Of a stretch of DNA of 54,570 nucleotides, positions 26,895 to 37,624 are shown piece after piece (the stretch's first letter is position 1; the number at the start of each line of letters is the position of its first letter). Origin of the DNA: a virus (taxonomy: Duplodnaviria > Caudoviricetes); IMG/VR virus record IMGVR_UViG_3300020214_000017, positions 1 to 54,570 of that record; one strand, written 5' to 3'. The notes under the pieces are model-generated. The model did no database searches. It worked only from the letters and a program-made list of their open reading frames with translations, and was not told the origin of the DNA. The translations under genes and the position numbers were made by a program.

Positions 26895-27368
26895 ATGGCA
26901 ACAGCAACACTAACTATTTCGGGGAATATCACAAATGACCCCGAACTCACCTACACGAATGCCGGGGCTGCTCGCCTTGCATTTGGAGTCGCAGTTAATT
27001 ACGGGTATACAGATGCACAAGGCGAGAAACAAGAGAAAACCTCGTACTTCAATGTAACTGCTTGGCGTTATTTGGCAGAAAATTCATCACGAACCCTCGA
27101 AAAGGGCATTGGAGTTGTAGTGACAGGGCGATTGGAACAACGCTCGTATGAAGACAAAGAAGGCGTCAAGCGCTCGGTGGTTGATTTGGTTGCGGAAGAA
27201 ATTGGAATCGCAACTCGTTCGCTTGAAAGCATCCAGCGTCGTGTAAGGCAAGACAATGCAGGCGGTGGAAGTGCTCCAAGTCGCCCGACCAATTCTGCGC
27301 CACGCACACGACCATCAACAACTAAAGTTCCGGTTGCTGCCGGGACCGACGACGGAGAACCGTTTTAA
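26895..27368 (+). CDS. ssb: Single-stranded DNA-binding protein
   Basis: GNITNDPEL..., VTAWRYLAEN, VVVTGRLEQRSY, acidic DDGEPF tail; AAGGAG SD. Confidence 0.95.
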   Translation: MATATLTISGNITNDPELTYTNAGAARLAFGVAVNYGYTDAQGEKQEKTSYFNVTAWRYLAENSSRTLEKGIGVVVTGRLEQRSYEDKEGVKRSVVDLVAEEIGIATRSLESIQRRVRQDNAGGGSAPSRPTNSAPRTRPSTTKVPVAAGTDDGEPF

Positions 27369-27381
27369 GTTTCAAAAGGTG

Positions 27382-27420
27382 TAGTTCGGCGCGGTCTGGG
27401 AGGGCTGCGCTGAACTATTT
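27382..27420. terminator. Hairpin between convergent genes
   Basis: TAGTTCGGCGCGGTCT...GGGCTGCGCTGAACTA. Confidence 0.6.
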
Positions 27421-27460
27421 AAGGCTTTGTTAAATCAGTACGGGATTCTGGAACAAAGCC

Positions 27461-27955
27461 TTATAGTTTTTGGTGTTTTTTTGTAATCTCTCCAACGGTT
27501 TCCATATTGCGAATGAACTGTTTGTTCTTCTTGTCGCCTTGTAATTTCTTTTTATTTGTGGCGGACCGTTGTGATGGGGTTAGTCGTTTCCATATTGCAT
27601 CTGGCAGATAACGCCTCATTTCCTCGTTGCGCCCCGCTTTTTTGCCATCGGATATGCGCCAACGTTGTTTGGTCCATTTGCGAAGTGTGCGTTGTTTACG
27701 AGAAGGGCGACCCGTGCGATAGCCACCACCTGCCTGTCGGTATGTTTGGGCAACTATTTGTGCTTTTTTAGCCGACCATTGACCAGGCTTGCCACCTTTT
27801 GAGCCAGCCGTAATACGACGTTTGATGTCCTCGCGTAATGCGGGTTTTGTGTAATCGCCATTTTTGTATTCCAATGGGGCGTTGAGAATGAATTTTTTGA
27901 CAGAAACATCAACCCATTGAAGGGTTGTTTGGCTGTTTCTTTGAGTTCTGTACAT
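27461..27955 (-). CDS. Basic phage protein
   Basis: YTKPALRE...GGKPGQWSAKKAQ...GGGY...W..Q.W, a recurrent phage motif. Confidence 0.7.
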   Translation of the reverse strand: MYRTQRNSQTTLQWVDVSVKKFILNAPLEYKNGDYTKPALREDIKRRITAGSKGGKPGQWSAKKAQIVAQTYRQAGGGYRTGRPSRKQRTLRKWTKQRWRISDGKKAGRNEEMRRYLPDAIWKRLTPSQRSATNKKKLQGDKKNKQFIRNMETVGEITKKHQKL

Positions 27956-28094
27956 TTTTTCTTCTTCTTCTTTTCTCTCTAATTTCTAGCACATCCAGGA
28001 AGTCATCATCTGCTTCAATCAGGTCTGCTTTTTCCTGGTCGCTGAAACTATTCATGAATTGTTGGACTATTGCTGAAACGGATTTTTCTCTCAT
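27909..28094 (-). CDS. Hypothetical protein
   Basis: ATGA overlap with the giant ORF. Confidence 0.55.
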   Translation of the reverse strand: MREKSVSAIVQQFMNSFSDQEKADLIEADDDFLDVLEIREKRRRRKNVQNSKKQPNNPSMG

Positions 28095-31000
28095 TTAAGT
28101 TTCCCCAATTCATCGGCAAATTCTTTGCCAAGTTCGGGGTATTTTTTGGCAAGTTGATTTACCGTCTCTATCATTTTAGCAAACTTCTTTTTTGCCCTGT
28201 TCTTCTTTTCTTTTGCTTCTTTTTCGGCAAGAGCCATTTGTTCTGGCGTTTCGTCGCCGATGAATGCGGGGCCCCTGCCGAGAAGTTCCAGAAGAACATT
28301 GGCTAGATATTGGAATTCTTGACGTCTATTCACAGCCTGAATCTCTGGTGATAAACCTGATGGTTTGTCGTCGGGCATTCCGTTCTCCCTTATCCATCCG
28401 AAGACCCGAGCGGGAAGGGGAATTGTCGGGTCGAGCAATTCGTTGGTTCGGATGACGGCTTCGGATGTTGCATGAAACGCGAATTGCAATGCTTCAGGGT
28501 CGACGCCCGCTTCCTCGGCAAGGCGCCTGGTTTCGTCAGTTACCTCATATTCGTCAAATTTGATAAAAAAATGTTCGTTAATTTCTTTTTTGATTTGTGT
28601 TTTTTCTGCATCGTTAAGATTCGGGTCGTTGTCGATTCGCTCGAAGACAGAATCTTTAATTTGCTGTCTGTCGCTGATTGTCAAGCCGAGATAACGACGG
28701 TCGCCCCCGATGGCAACTTTGACGAACGCAACGTTTAATATTTGTTCGGGTGTCAATTTGTGACCAAATTTTTCCTGGATTGTAAATCTGTCGAATCGTT
28801 CCTGCCCTGCCTGCATTTGTGCAAAAACGGGCCAGAAAGCGGGGCCGTAAAGCGCGAACGCCCAGAAATTGGCAGTAAATTCTCCATGTCTTGTGAACCC
28901 TTGTCCGAGGAACGAATGTCCTGTCTCGTGGAGCCCGAGTTCCTCGATTGTGGAATCCGTGATTTGCGGTAGGTTCAAACTTCGCATGTTTTTCATCAAA
29001 AAACCTTCGAGTGCGGTTTGTATTACCGAACCATGCAGGCCGGGGTTGTTGTAGGTGCCGTTGCGGAAAGGACCGCCAGGGTTTTGTTGACGCAATAAAG
29101 CGAACATGTCCTTGATTTCCGAATCCGTGATACCTCGGCTTCGGAGCAGGTGGACATATCGTTGCCCCAATCTTTCTGTGAGGTCGTTCAATATTCTGAA
29201 TTTTTCAACACTTTGTTCGAAGAGTTGCTTGACATGGCGTCCGGCGGGCGACGGGGCGAACGTCATGCTGCCGACAATTTCCTGGACTGCCGCGTATTCG
29301 TCTCTGAGGGTTTTGAGGTCTTTGCTTTCGTAATCTGAGCCGATTATTTCATTCATGACACCAAAAATTACGTCATTGGTTCGTGCATCCGATGATTCCA
29401 TTCTCGACAACAAAGTCAAAAGGCTTATTGGCTCTCCGTAGCGGCTGGGGAAACGCGCCTCAATTTCTTTCAGGCGCTGCGGGTCAATCACTCCAATTGT
29501 GGCGACAACGGTTTTATCGTCACCCAGGGTGAAAGTGATTGGTTTGACACCGATGTCCCGTTTATCTCCCCCGCCCCCCTCGATGGCGCCTGGCTTCCTG
29601 AGAACATGATGAAACGCACCGGCGCCCGGGTATTGGTCGGTAAAATTGTCCACCGGGGTACCAAATGCTCGATTAAGCCGGGCTCTTTCGGTGTAGAAAG
29701 CCGCAGCAATATTAACTATTTTTTCGTAGGTCGGGCTACCCATGACCCGAAGCATCGCCACGTCGAGTTCGTCGCCAAGAATGTCGGCAACTTCCGTATC
29801 CAGCGGCGCCAAAATCTTTTTGACACTGTGCCCTTCAATCTTGATGATTGCCATATTTTCACGCGCCAAAGCCGTCGCCTGTTGTACAAGTGCCGCAAGA
29901 AGCGGGTCACTGAAATCAAAATCGCGTCCCTCAAGATTTTCGAATTTATCGACTAGTTTGAACATTCTGCCGTATTTGCCCGTGGGCATCAGGTCAGCGA
30001 TTTCAATGTCGTATCCGAGACTTCGCATTCGGTCGATAAGCCGTGCACCGAATTGGTTTTCTAGATTAACAAGTGGAGATTCAGGGTCCAAACCACGCAT
30101 CGTTGTTTTTTGTGAAAAATTGGGGCGCATGACATCGGTTGGTTGTGTAATCGTTGACGACCTGATACCCCGTACAAATTTTTCGTTAGCCAAGTCGGGT
30201 CGGTATTTTTCCAGCAATCGCATAGCCGCTTCTTCTGCGGCAATTCTTTCGCCTTCATATTTGGTTGACCTAGACCGACTCATCGCGGCACGAACTTTGC
30301 GCCAAGTCGGAGTTGGTACTTCACGTGGCGCGGTTGAAAAAGTGGTCGGAGTAGATTCGATTTGGTAATCTAGGTAATCAGCATTGATGCCCAACACATC
30401 GAGTGGGTCGTTATCAAGTTTTAAATCTAGTTTTTCTCGCCATTTTGCCCGTTCGCCAGGAGGAACGTCTCGGAATATCTCATCTAGGCGCACTCTCACG
30501 TTTTTGGGGTCAGCGGTGCCCCCAAAAAATGCATTCTGTAGGGCATTAATTTCCGTTCGTATAGCATCCATTTCCATTCGCATAGCATCAATGGGCCGTT
30601 TTTTATCGCTAAACATCATGTTGAATATCAGAAGCGAAATATCTTCTACTCGGATTTTTACGTCGCTATCGATAAAGTTGGCTAATTCAATGCTTTCTTC
30701 GCCTTCCAATGTCTTACGAACCTCATATGCAATGTGGAAATCACTTAAGAGTTCTCTGATGGATGTCTGGCGTTGGTAAAGCCTCTTTAAATTTATGTTA
30801 TGAAGCCTTGTTTCTTGTTCAAGTTCATCCGCCAAACGTTCTAATCTTTCAATGTATCGAGGCGGGATAACGGTCTGCCAAGTCTTTTGTTCACGCAATA
30901 TCTCAATGGCCTGCCTCGTCGCCTCGTGGTCAATGGCTTCTTCAAGTGCATTGTTTGAAGAGTTAATCAGGTGAACCACCTTGTCGGCGAGGAGGTTTAA

Positions 31001-34000
31001 CTCTTCTTGAATTTGTCTACGACCTACTACGTCTACTGGTTCGTCAGGGCCCTTGGCCAAGTCAATAGCATCCCATTTTTCTTGCGCCCTAAGAAGAGCA
31101 TCAAAATCTTTTTTAAGAGCGTCTATATGGGATTGAAACATTTCGGGCGTTGCAGCCATAAAATCCAGCCATGACTGTCCGGCTTTTCGCGCCTTAAGAC
31201 GGTTTTCTGTCGTTCTGGGGGCAAATTGCCCAGATGAAAAACCCCTATCTCGGTTCAAATCAACATTGAAGTCTTGGCGAACCTGATTGATGTAAGAAAA
31301 AGACTGCATTGCTCGTGGGGGCATTTCGATGGCGTCATCAGGCAGTAGACGTGCGTCATCTCCGAGATACCATGTTTCTCTTTGCCCTATTGATAATTGA
31401 CCATTGATACGTTCAAGAATTTCTTCTGTTTCCTGGGTGAAAGACTTTTGGTGAGGGATTACCCTGAAGTTCGGGTCATCTATCATCTGCGCCGCTTGTG
31501 CAAATGAAACCTTTTCATCGAGAATTTGGATTACCCTATTGTTCAAAATTTCATACGTTCTGTTGCCATGTTTAATGGCATCAGTTCCCAGCAATATTGG
31601 AATTAACGTAGTCCTGAGGACAGTAGTTGAATTTATGAATTCTGCTAATAGGTCGTTGCGAAGTTTGACAAGTGAAGGAGGGTTGTTTTGTAATCGCCTT
31701 TGATTCTCGATTGCAAAAAATGCTTTAGCCAATCTGAATGCGTGTAATTGAATGTCGCTTGCGGAGCCGGTGGTTATGGATGTTTTGGGGACGATTAGTT
31801 TAAGTGTCCCAGTGTCAACTTCGACACCATACGTTTTAATCATGTCGTTTATCAAACTGTCATAATTTCCGTCAATCCATGCACCCAATGGGAAATTTAT
31901 GTTTGGGAATAGTTTCAGAACAATTTGTTCCACCTGGTTGTTAGTCAACACTCTCGCTTTCGGGTCAAGTAAAATAATCAACCCATTTTTGTTTTGTGCT
32001 GGGTCCTGGTCAGGGCGTTGTTTGTCGACCATTTTGTCGAGGTATCGGAATGGTTCACTGGTTACCTTTGTCAGGTGTTTTTTCACGCCTTCAAGAGCCA
32101 CGGGAACTTCGTCATTCGACCAATTGTCTCCATTGTTGCTTATTCCGTAAAGAACTTTTTCGCCAGCATTTATGCGCTCTTCTAATTCTGTCCGTGTGAT
32201 AAGTCGAGGGGGTGAGTTGAATGCTGCGCTTTCTCGTGCGTATTTTTCGCGTTCTGCGTGTTTGAATAGGTTGACTTCTTCATGGTCGCCAGCCCTTATG
32301 ATGGCTGCCAGCCGCCCTGCCTGTTGTTGATTAAGTCCTTCTGGCGAGTCGAGCGGTCCAATAAACAGGTCAAATTCTTCCATTTTGTTATCGGAAAGCG
32401 ACCCAATAAGTTCTGCCCGTTGGCGGTTTTCATGTGTTGGCCCAAAATTACTGAGTTCGGGGTCGTCGGGTTGGTCGGGTATTGCAAAGGCTGGGAGCCA
32501 ATCGTTATCTTGTCTGTCGACGATTATGGAAAGATTTGACAGATTCAAATTCGAATCATCGAATAGTTGTTTCCAAGCGAATTTTTGTTCTCCGGTAAGT
32601 TCGCGAGGCTCGATGATGTTTGCAAGAATTGTTATGAGGCCCGTGTCGTTATTGTTTGTCGATTCATGCATGCGCGCAAGTGCAAGCCATCCGATGAGTC
32701 GCTGACGGAAATCGTTGTTGGTTTTTAACCCGTAATCTATATCAGCGGCGATAGAGGGCGCAGCCGAAATGCCCTCTTCGTCCTCGTCTATGTTCGGGTC
32801 TTCGAAGAGAGCAGCACGAAGTATGTTTCGTATCTCGACAATTAATTTGTGCCGAAATTCCTTGAAACCGCCCGTGTCATTATCGGCCAAGTTATATTGA
32901 TAATTCATGCGAGGCCATACAATTACCCCGTCCAAAACTGCACTGGGGATGAATATTTCTGTTCCTGCGTGTTGTCTCCACCACAGCGCGGCGTGTTGTT
33001 GTAAAAGTGTTCCTATTCCTCTACCTTTTCCTGTTGCCCCCTCTCCGGCTTCTCTAATCATGAAATTACTGTGTTTAATTTTGATATTGCCTTGTTCGTT
33101 AAGGTAAATCTCACGTTCAAAATATTGGTCTGAACGGTGTTTTTGTCCGGAAGTTGTGAATGATGCTTGTATTTTGAATGAAATAGGGCTGTTATTGGAG
33201 TAGTTCCAAAGTCTCTGACCGCTTTCGTAGCCCTGCAAAACCACGTAAGCACCCTTACTGCCAATTGTTGACTTAAGTGGTTCTACTTCTATTGCCGTAT
33301 CATCGATTGCGATAACTCCGCCTTTGCCAGATTTCGAAGAACCATCAAGCAAATATGCCCGTTGAACTGATTTGAGGGCATCCAGGGTTGTTTGTAAGAC
33401 TTGGCGCAATTCTTTGGTTGCTTCTGTTTGGGGATTGATGATTTCGGGGATGCTAATAAACCCTTCTCGTATTTCTTCGTCAGTCAAATAGTGCCCTGTT
33501 TGTCTTTTGCCAAATTCACCCGTGGCCAATAGGCGCTCAAGGTCGGCCCTAGACATAGTGCCGTCGAATCCAATCCGACTTAGCAAATACGAAAATTTGT
33601 ATAATGGCGAGTATTCGTCAAAGGAGATTTCTTCTTTGTCGTCGCCTATTCGAGAATTTTTTATGAGTAAGTCACGTAATGTGTCAATTGCTCGTCTGGT
33701 GGTTTCAGTATCAAGTGTTCGCCATTTTCGGATTGAATCGACATCATCTTTCCATGGAGTTGTTCTTCCGTATTTATTTTTAATTGCCTTTATGGATTGA
33801 GTCAATCGGCGTTGAACTGATGTTTGGATGTGGTCGGAAACTATTTTGCGTGCCCGTTCGATAAATGGGGCCATGCGTTGTTGGTATTCTTCGCGATTCG
33901 TGGCGACTCGTTCATAGTCCAAAAAGTCCTTCATTTCAGGCGGTGTGATTTCCGTTGTAGATGAAGCCAAGCCACGATTTTGTAAGACGTCTGTGTGGTC

Positions 34001-37000
34001 TTTGCGTTTCTGCATTTCAATGTTCATTTTTTCTTGCTCTTCAGGTGTATAACGAGCAAGTGATGCACCCATTTTGCGCATTTTCTTTGGGACATCAGAG
34101 GACTTGTCAACTGGTCGCATTGCGTCATGTCTTGGGTCGAAAACTTCTTTGTGGGAAAGAGTTACGATGACATTGGTGCCGTTATCTTGTATTTTTGTGA
34201 CTTCGAAATTACCCTGAGTCAAAAATTGACCGTTACCAACATCGATTGCTTTTGCGCCTTTCTCCACACGAATAATTACGGTATTGTCTTTGTGGGGCAT
34301 CGTCGAAGAAACTGCGGTTATCGGCATTGGTATGCTGTCGCCAATATTGAATCCTTCCAAAAAGGTTTCCCTATCAATATTGATGATTCGGAAGAGTTCG
34401 CGTTTGTTTGGTTCTGACGCCTGTACCGCCAGATGAATATCTGCTGCGTCCTTTAATGCTGCTTCAATCGGGGAGCGTTTTGAGATTGGAAGTTTGGCAA
34501 TTTTGCCCGTGACCAAACTGCGCAACATGTCTTTGTTACCTTCGGTTGTGGTGTCATAGATGGGCATATCGTCAACGAATAAACCAAATTGAATTGAGGA
34601 GATGGCGCGTACCATATCTCCGTGATGAGGTCGATTTCTATTGATATAACGTTGCCCTGCTGATTCGCCGAATGATTGTCGCGTTCTTTGGTCCAAGAAC
34701 GAGGCAAATGGCACGCGGTTGTCATAGAAATGATGGTCGCCGATGTGCAATAAACGCGCCCGTGAGCCATAATCAGTTAAGAGTGTTGGGGTTGGATTTG
34801 CGTAGAGTCGTTCGTCTGTATCAATATTTAGGTTGGTGCGAAGTGTCAAACGGCTACGTTCGTTTGGGTCAAAACGTAAATTATCATCTGATGTCGATGA
34901 ATTAAAGCCAGGGCGATGACCGTCTGCTGTTCTTTCAAGTTGCGGTGCCACTATTTTTATATTTGACAAAATTCTGTCAGAAATGTCGTCCACTTCATCT
35001 GAAAACGTCCCCCTAGAGGTTTTCCTGCGTCTCCACATTGATGTGACTGTTTGTGGCTCCGTATTAAGACCCAAAATACGCGCAACAAGTTTTACCGCCG
35101 CATTATTTACTAAAAATGGGTGCTTTTGTCCAAGGCGGGTTGTTACGGAGGCAAAAATCTCAGCGAATCTTTCGGTTGTGTCTGTTTGCCCGTAAGGGGT
35201 TACTACATATGGTTCGGATGAGTTGATGCTGTCTTTGCTGATATCTTTATGACGTCTGCGGTTTGGTTCGTTGCGTCGTCGCTGAGATAATGTGTCGGTC
35301 GCGTGCATTTCTTGTAATTGACCTTCAAGTTCTGTAATAGCGGCTTGAAGTTCGCTATCGGTCATGTTGTCGACGTCAAACAGCCTTTGACCTGTCGGGA
35401 TATTGTCGAAGTTGGGATAGTTACCCCACAGTGCGGGGTCTGCGAACATCGGTTGAGTTCTTCTGTTTTTAAGCATTCTTCTTTGCCCGTTTACGACGTC
35501 ATAACCGTTGTGTCTTCGACCGAAACCCAGGTCTTCACGGCGCACTAATGCATCACGAAAACGTTTATAATGTGGTACTCCACCAGGATAAGTTGTTCCT
35601 ACAGGAGGTTTAAAAAATATGTTTGAAATGCCCCAGTTTTTGGGGTCTCGTTTAAATTGTTCCCATGCCAGCAAGGCATAATTGCGTCGAAGCATATAGT
35701 CCAAATAATGTCCATATTCGTGAATCACGACCGCGGCCTCGCCGATGGTTTCTGATATTGCGTTCGAATTTTCAATATTGAATATTTCTCGTGATGCTTC
35801 GGATGGGTTAAGCATGTATAACAAAAGTTGCCCGTATTGTAAAACCATTTCATTGGTGTGAGGCTGAAAGTAACCACCAAGGGGTGCGTTCATAGGGAAA
35901 TGCCCTGATGCGCCGTTTTCATAGTCGGAGAAAACTTGAGTTCGACCCCGGTTAAGGGGTTCTGTAAAATGCTTTCCTCGCATGGCGCGGCGCGACCATT
36001 CAACACGCAGCAATCGTTCATGTTTTCGTAGTAATTTTTTCCCTATTTCTATTCGTTTGGCAAGCAATGATTTTGATATATGTTGTGGGGATGCGGTGAG
36101 CATTTCAAGGGTTAGGTCTTTATCTTGTCCGACAAAACTGAAAACGCGATGCGGTAGAACTATGACAGGCAATCCATATTCGCGAACAGCGTGAAGAAAT
36201 TCTGGATTTTCTTTTAGGGTTCGTCTAACAAACGCCCGCAGCATGACGCGGTCTTGTCTGACTTCTGATGGAACAGCGTTAGCAATGCCATTCATAAAAA
36301 AATCGTTCATTTCTATGCGATTTGGAAATATTGTTCCTATAAATCCAAAGAGAGACCCTGATTGCTGTGCAAAATCAAGTCTATTTTTTATTTGGTCGTT
36401 AGTAATAACGTTTTGGACACGAATTAAGCGTGGTGGTCCAATAGTCGAATCTTGCGCGTTTTGCACGAAATGCCATTGCCTAGCAACCTCTCGTAGCGCG
36501 ACGGACATCGGGTCACGTGGGTATGAGGCCTTTTGTGAAGCAAAATTAAAATAGAGTTCTAGGATGCTCTGTACGAGGTCAAGGGCTGGGGATTTGTTGG
36601 GTGCCATTATTTCTTGCATATTCATGAAACTTATGGATTGTCCCCCTACTATTAACCGAGCAAGTATGTATTCCATCATGCCTATGGCATCAGGAACAGG
36701 TTTTTCCAAGCCATCGGATGGGTCGATATGCCTCTTAGAAAAAAGTCCATGGTAAAGAAAGCCATTGTTGGCTGCCTGCATTCTTTTGGCTTCGAGGATT
36801 AAATCTTTTATTATTTGCGGAGTGTTGGGGGTTGCCAAAAGTGTGTCAAAAAATTCTTCCTGCCACGCCACAATGTCGTGATGAACATAGGACATCAGGT
36901 TGCCAAAGTCTTCCTGAGCACCAAACAGTTTATTCACCCGTGAGGTGAATAAAGAATAGTTGTTTTCGATGTCTTTATTGAATGCACCAGTTCCGAATTC

Positions 37001-37624
37001 ATAGTCGTACATGGATTCCAATGCGTTAATTTTCATTTGGGGCAAAAGTCGGTATGCTTTGATTGCCTGTTGGTGTAGGTTGAGTGCGTGTTGATAATCT
37101 TCTTCTGTTTTGTATGATTCCCTTGGGACCGTAATGCGTTCATTCAATTCATCTATTTCTTTTGTCGTTAGGGGAACGAATACCCTCGCCAATTCGTCTT
37201 CTGTCGCCTGGCGGCGCCAATCTCTGTCAAGAGGGTCGGGTTTTTTGGCAGGGCGGTCTATGGCGGGCGGTTCTGTGGATGACGCGAGGCCGCGCTGGCG
37301 CCGTGTTTCCTTGGCGACTTGTGTTGGCGTGGTGTCGTCTTTTTCTATGGGCGTTTTGGGGGTGGGTTTACTCAGGTTCATTTGACCCCTGAGAACAACA
37401 GGGCGCATAAATATGGTGCCGTCCTGGACAAAGCCATCGTTGTCGCCATCGAAAGCATTGGGGTCAAATGGCTCTTGGGCGAGTGCTCTCCCTATACCCC
37501 TTCCCACTCCGGCCCCCCCTGCTGCGAGTTTGAGTGTTCGACCGAGGCGGCGGCTGAGACGATTGCCGTCTTTTACATTAATCACAAATTCGATTAATTC
37601 ATTGTTGGGATTCAAATTATCCAC
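28091..37624 (-). CDS. Giant multi-domain (polyvalent) protein: two zincin HExxH, ART-like, GNAT-like, DUF2786-like
   Basis: 3177-aa uninterrupted ORF; DGDNDGFVQDGT, HEYGH..ERFAE, GKGRGIG..DG..VWPR, RKVRAAMSRSRST..GER.AAEEAAMRLLEKY, HETGH. Confidence 0.8.
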   Translation of the reverse strand: MDNLNPNNELIEFVINVKDGNRLSRRLGRTLKLAAGGAGVGRGIGRALAQEPFDPNAFDGDNDGFVQDGTIFMRPVVLRGQMNLSKPTPKTPIEKDDTTPTQVAKETRRQRGLASSTEPPAIDRPAKKPDPLDRDWRRQATEDELARVFVPLTTKEIDELNERITVPRESYKTEEDYQHALNLHQQAIKAYRLLPQMKINALESMYDYEFGTGAFNKDIENNYSLFTSRVNKLFGAQEDFGNLMSYVHHDIVAWQEEFFDTLLATPNTPQIIKDLILEAKRMQAANNGFLYHGLFSKRHIDPSDGLEKPVPDAIGMMEYILARLIVGGQSISFMNMQEIMAPNKSPALDLVQSILELYFNFASQKASYPRDPMSVALREVARQWHFVQNAQDSTIGPPRLIRVQNVITNDQIKNRLDFAQQSGSLFGFIGTIFPNRIEMNDFFMNGIANAVPSEVRQDRVMLRAFVRRTLKENPEFLHAVREYGLPVIVLPHRVFSFVGQDKDLTLEMLTASPQHISKSLLAKRIEIGKKLLRKHERLLRVEWSRRAMRGKHFTEPLNRGRTQVFSDYENGASGHFPMNAPLGGYFQPHTNEMVLQYGQLLLYMLNPSEASREIFNIENSNAISETIGEAAVVIHEYGHYLDYMLRRNYALLAWEQFKRDPKNWGISNIFFKPPVGTTYPGGVPHYKRFRDALVRREDLGFGRRHNGYDVVNGQRRMLKNRRTQPMFADPALWGNYPNFDNIPTGQRLFDVDNMTDSELQAAITELEGQLQEMHATDTLSQRRRNEPNRRRHKDISKDSINSSEPYVVTPYGQTDTTERFAEIFASVTTRLGQKHPFLVNNAAVKLVARILGLNTEPQTVTSMWRRRKTSRGTFSDEVDDISDRILSNIKIVAPQLERTADGHRPGFNSSTSDDNLRFDPNERSRLTLRTNLNIDTDERLYANPTPTLLTDYGSRARLLHIGDHHFYDNRVPFASFLDQRTRQSFGESAGQRYINRNRPHHGDMVRAISSIQFGLFVDDMPIYDTTTEGNKDMLRSLVTGKIAKLPISKRSPIEAALKDAADIHLAVQASEPNKRELFRIINIDRETFLEGFNIGDSIPMPITAVSSTMPHKDNTVIIRVEKGAKAIDVGNGQFLTQGNFEVTKIQDNGTNVIVTLSHKEVFDPRHDAMRPVDKSSDVPKKMRKMGASLARYTPEEQEKMNIEMQKRKDHTDVLQNRGLASSTTEITPPEMKDFLDYERVATNREEYQQRMAPFIERARKIVSDHIQTSVQRRLTQSIKAIKNKYGRTTPWKDDVDSIRKWRTLDTETTRRAIDTLRDLLIKNSRIGDDKEEISFDEYSPLYKFSYLLSRIGFDGTMSRADLERLLATGEFGKRQTGHYLTDEEIREGFISIPEIINPQTEATKELRQVLQTTLDALKSVQRAYLLDGSSKSGKGGVIAIDDTAIEVEPLKSTIGSKGAYVVLQGYESGQRLWNYSNNSPISFKIQASFTTSGQKHRSDQYFEREIYLNEQGNIKIKHSNFMIREAGEGATGKGRGIGTLLQQHAALWWRQHAGTEIFIPSAVLDGVIVWPRMNYQYNLADNDTGGFKEFRHKLIVEIRNILRAALFEDPNIDEDEEGISAAPSIAADIDYGLKTNNDFRQRLIGWLALARMHESTNNNDTGLITILANIIEPRELTGEQKFAWKQLFDDSNLNLSNLSIIVDRQDNDWLPAFAIPDQPDDPELSNFGPTHENRQRAELIGSLSDNKMEEFDLFIGPLDSPEGLNQQQAGRLAAIIRAGDHEEVNLFKHAEREKYARESAAFNSPPRLITRTELEERINAGEKVLYGISNNGDNWSNDEVPVALEGVKKHLTKVTSEPFRYLDKMVDKQRPDQDPAQNKNGLIILLDPKARVLTNNQVEQIVLKLFPNINFPLGAWIDGNYDSLINDMIKTYGVEVDTGTLKLIVPKTSITTGSASDIQLHAFRLAKAFFAIENQRRLQNNPPSLVKLRNDLLAEFINSTTVLRTTLIPILLGTDAIKHGNRTYEILNNRVIQILDEKVSFAQAAQMIDDPNFRVIPHQKSFTQETEEILERINGQLSIGQRETWYLGDDARLLPDDAIEMPPRAMQSFSYINQVRQDFNVDLNRDRGFSSGQFAPRTTENRLKARKAGQSWLDFMAATPEMFQSHIDALKKDFDALLRAQEKWDAIDLAKGPDEPVDVVGRRQIQEELNLLADKVVHLINSSNNALEEAIDHEATRQAIEILREQKTWQTVIPPRYIERLERLADELEQETRLHNINLKRLYQRQTSIRELLSDFHIAYEVRKTLEGEESIELANFIDSDVKIRVEDISLLIFNMMFSDKKRPIDAMRMEMDAIRTEINALQNAFFGGTADPKNVRVRLDEIFRDVPPGERAKWREKLDLKLDNDPLDVLGINADYLDYQIESTPTTFSTAPREVPTPTWRKVRAAMSRSRSTKYEGERIAAEEAAMRLLEKYRPDLANEKFVRGIRSSTITQPTDVMRPNFSQKTTMRGLDPESPLVNLENQFGARLIDRMRSLGYDIEIADLMPTGKYGRMFKLVDKFENLEGRDFDFSDPLLAALVQQATALARENMAIIKIEGHSVKKILAPLDTEVADILGDELDVAMLRVMGSPTYEKIVNIAAAFYTERARLNRAFGTPVDNFTDQYPGAGAFHHVLRKPGAIEGGGGDKRDIGVKPITFTLGDDKTVVATIGVIDPQRLKEIEARFPSRYGEPISLLTLLSRMESSDARTNDVIFGVMNEIIGSDYESKDLKTLRDEYAAVQEIVGSMTFAPSPAGRHVKQLFEQSVEKFRILNDLTERLGQRYVHLLRSRGITDSEIKDMFALLRQQNPGGPFRNGTYNNPGLHGSVIQTALEGFLMKNMRSLNLPQITDSTIEELGLHETGHSFLGQGFTRHGEFTANFWAFALYGPAFWPVFAQMQAGQERFDRFTIQEKFGHKLTPEQILNVAFVKVAIGGDRRYLGLTISDRQQIKDSVFERIDNDPNLNDAEKTQIKKEINEHFFIKFDEYEVTDETRRLAEEAGVDPEALQFAFHATSEAVIRTNELLDPTIPLPARVFGWIRENGMPDDKPSGLSPEIQAVNRRQEFQYLANVLLELLGRGPAFIGDETPEQMALAEKEAKEKKNRAKKKFAKMIETVNQLAKKYPELGKEFADELGKLK

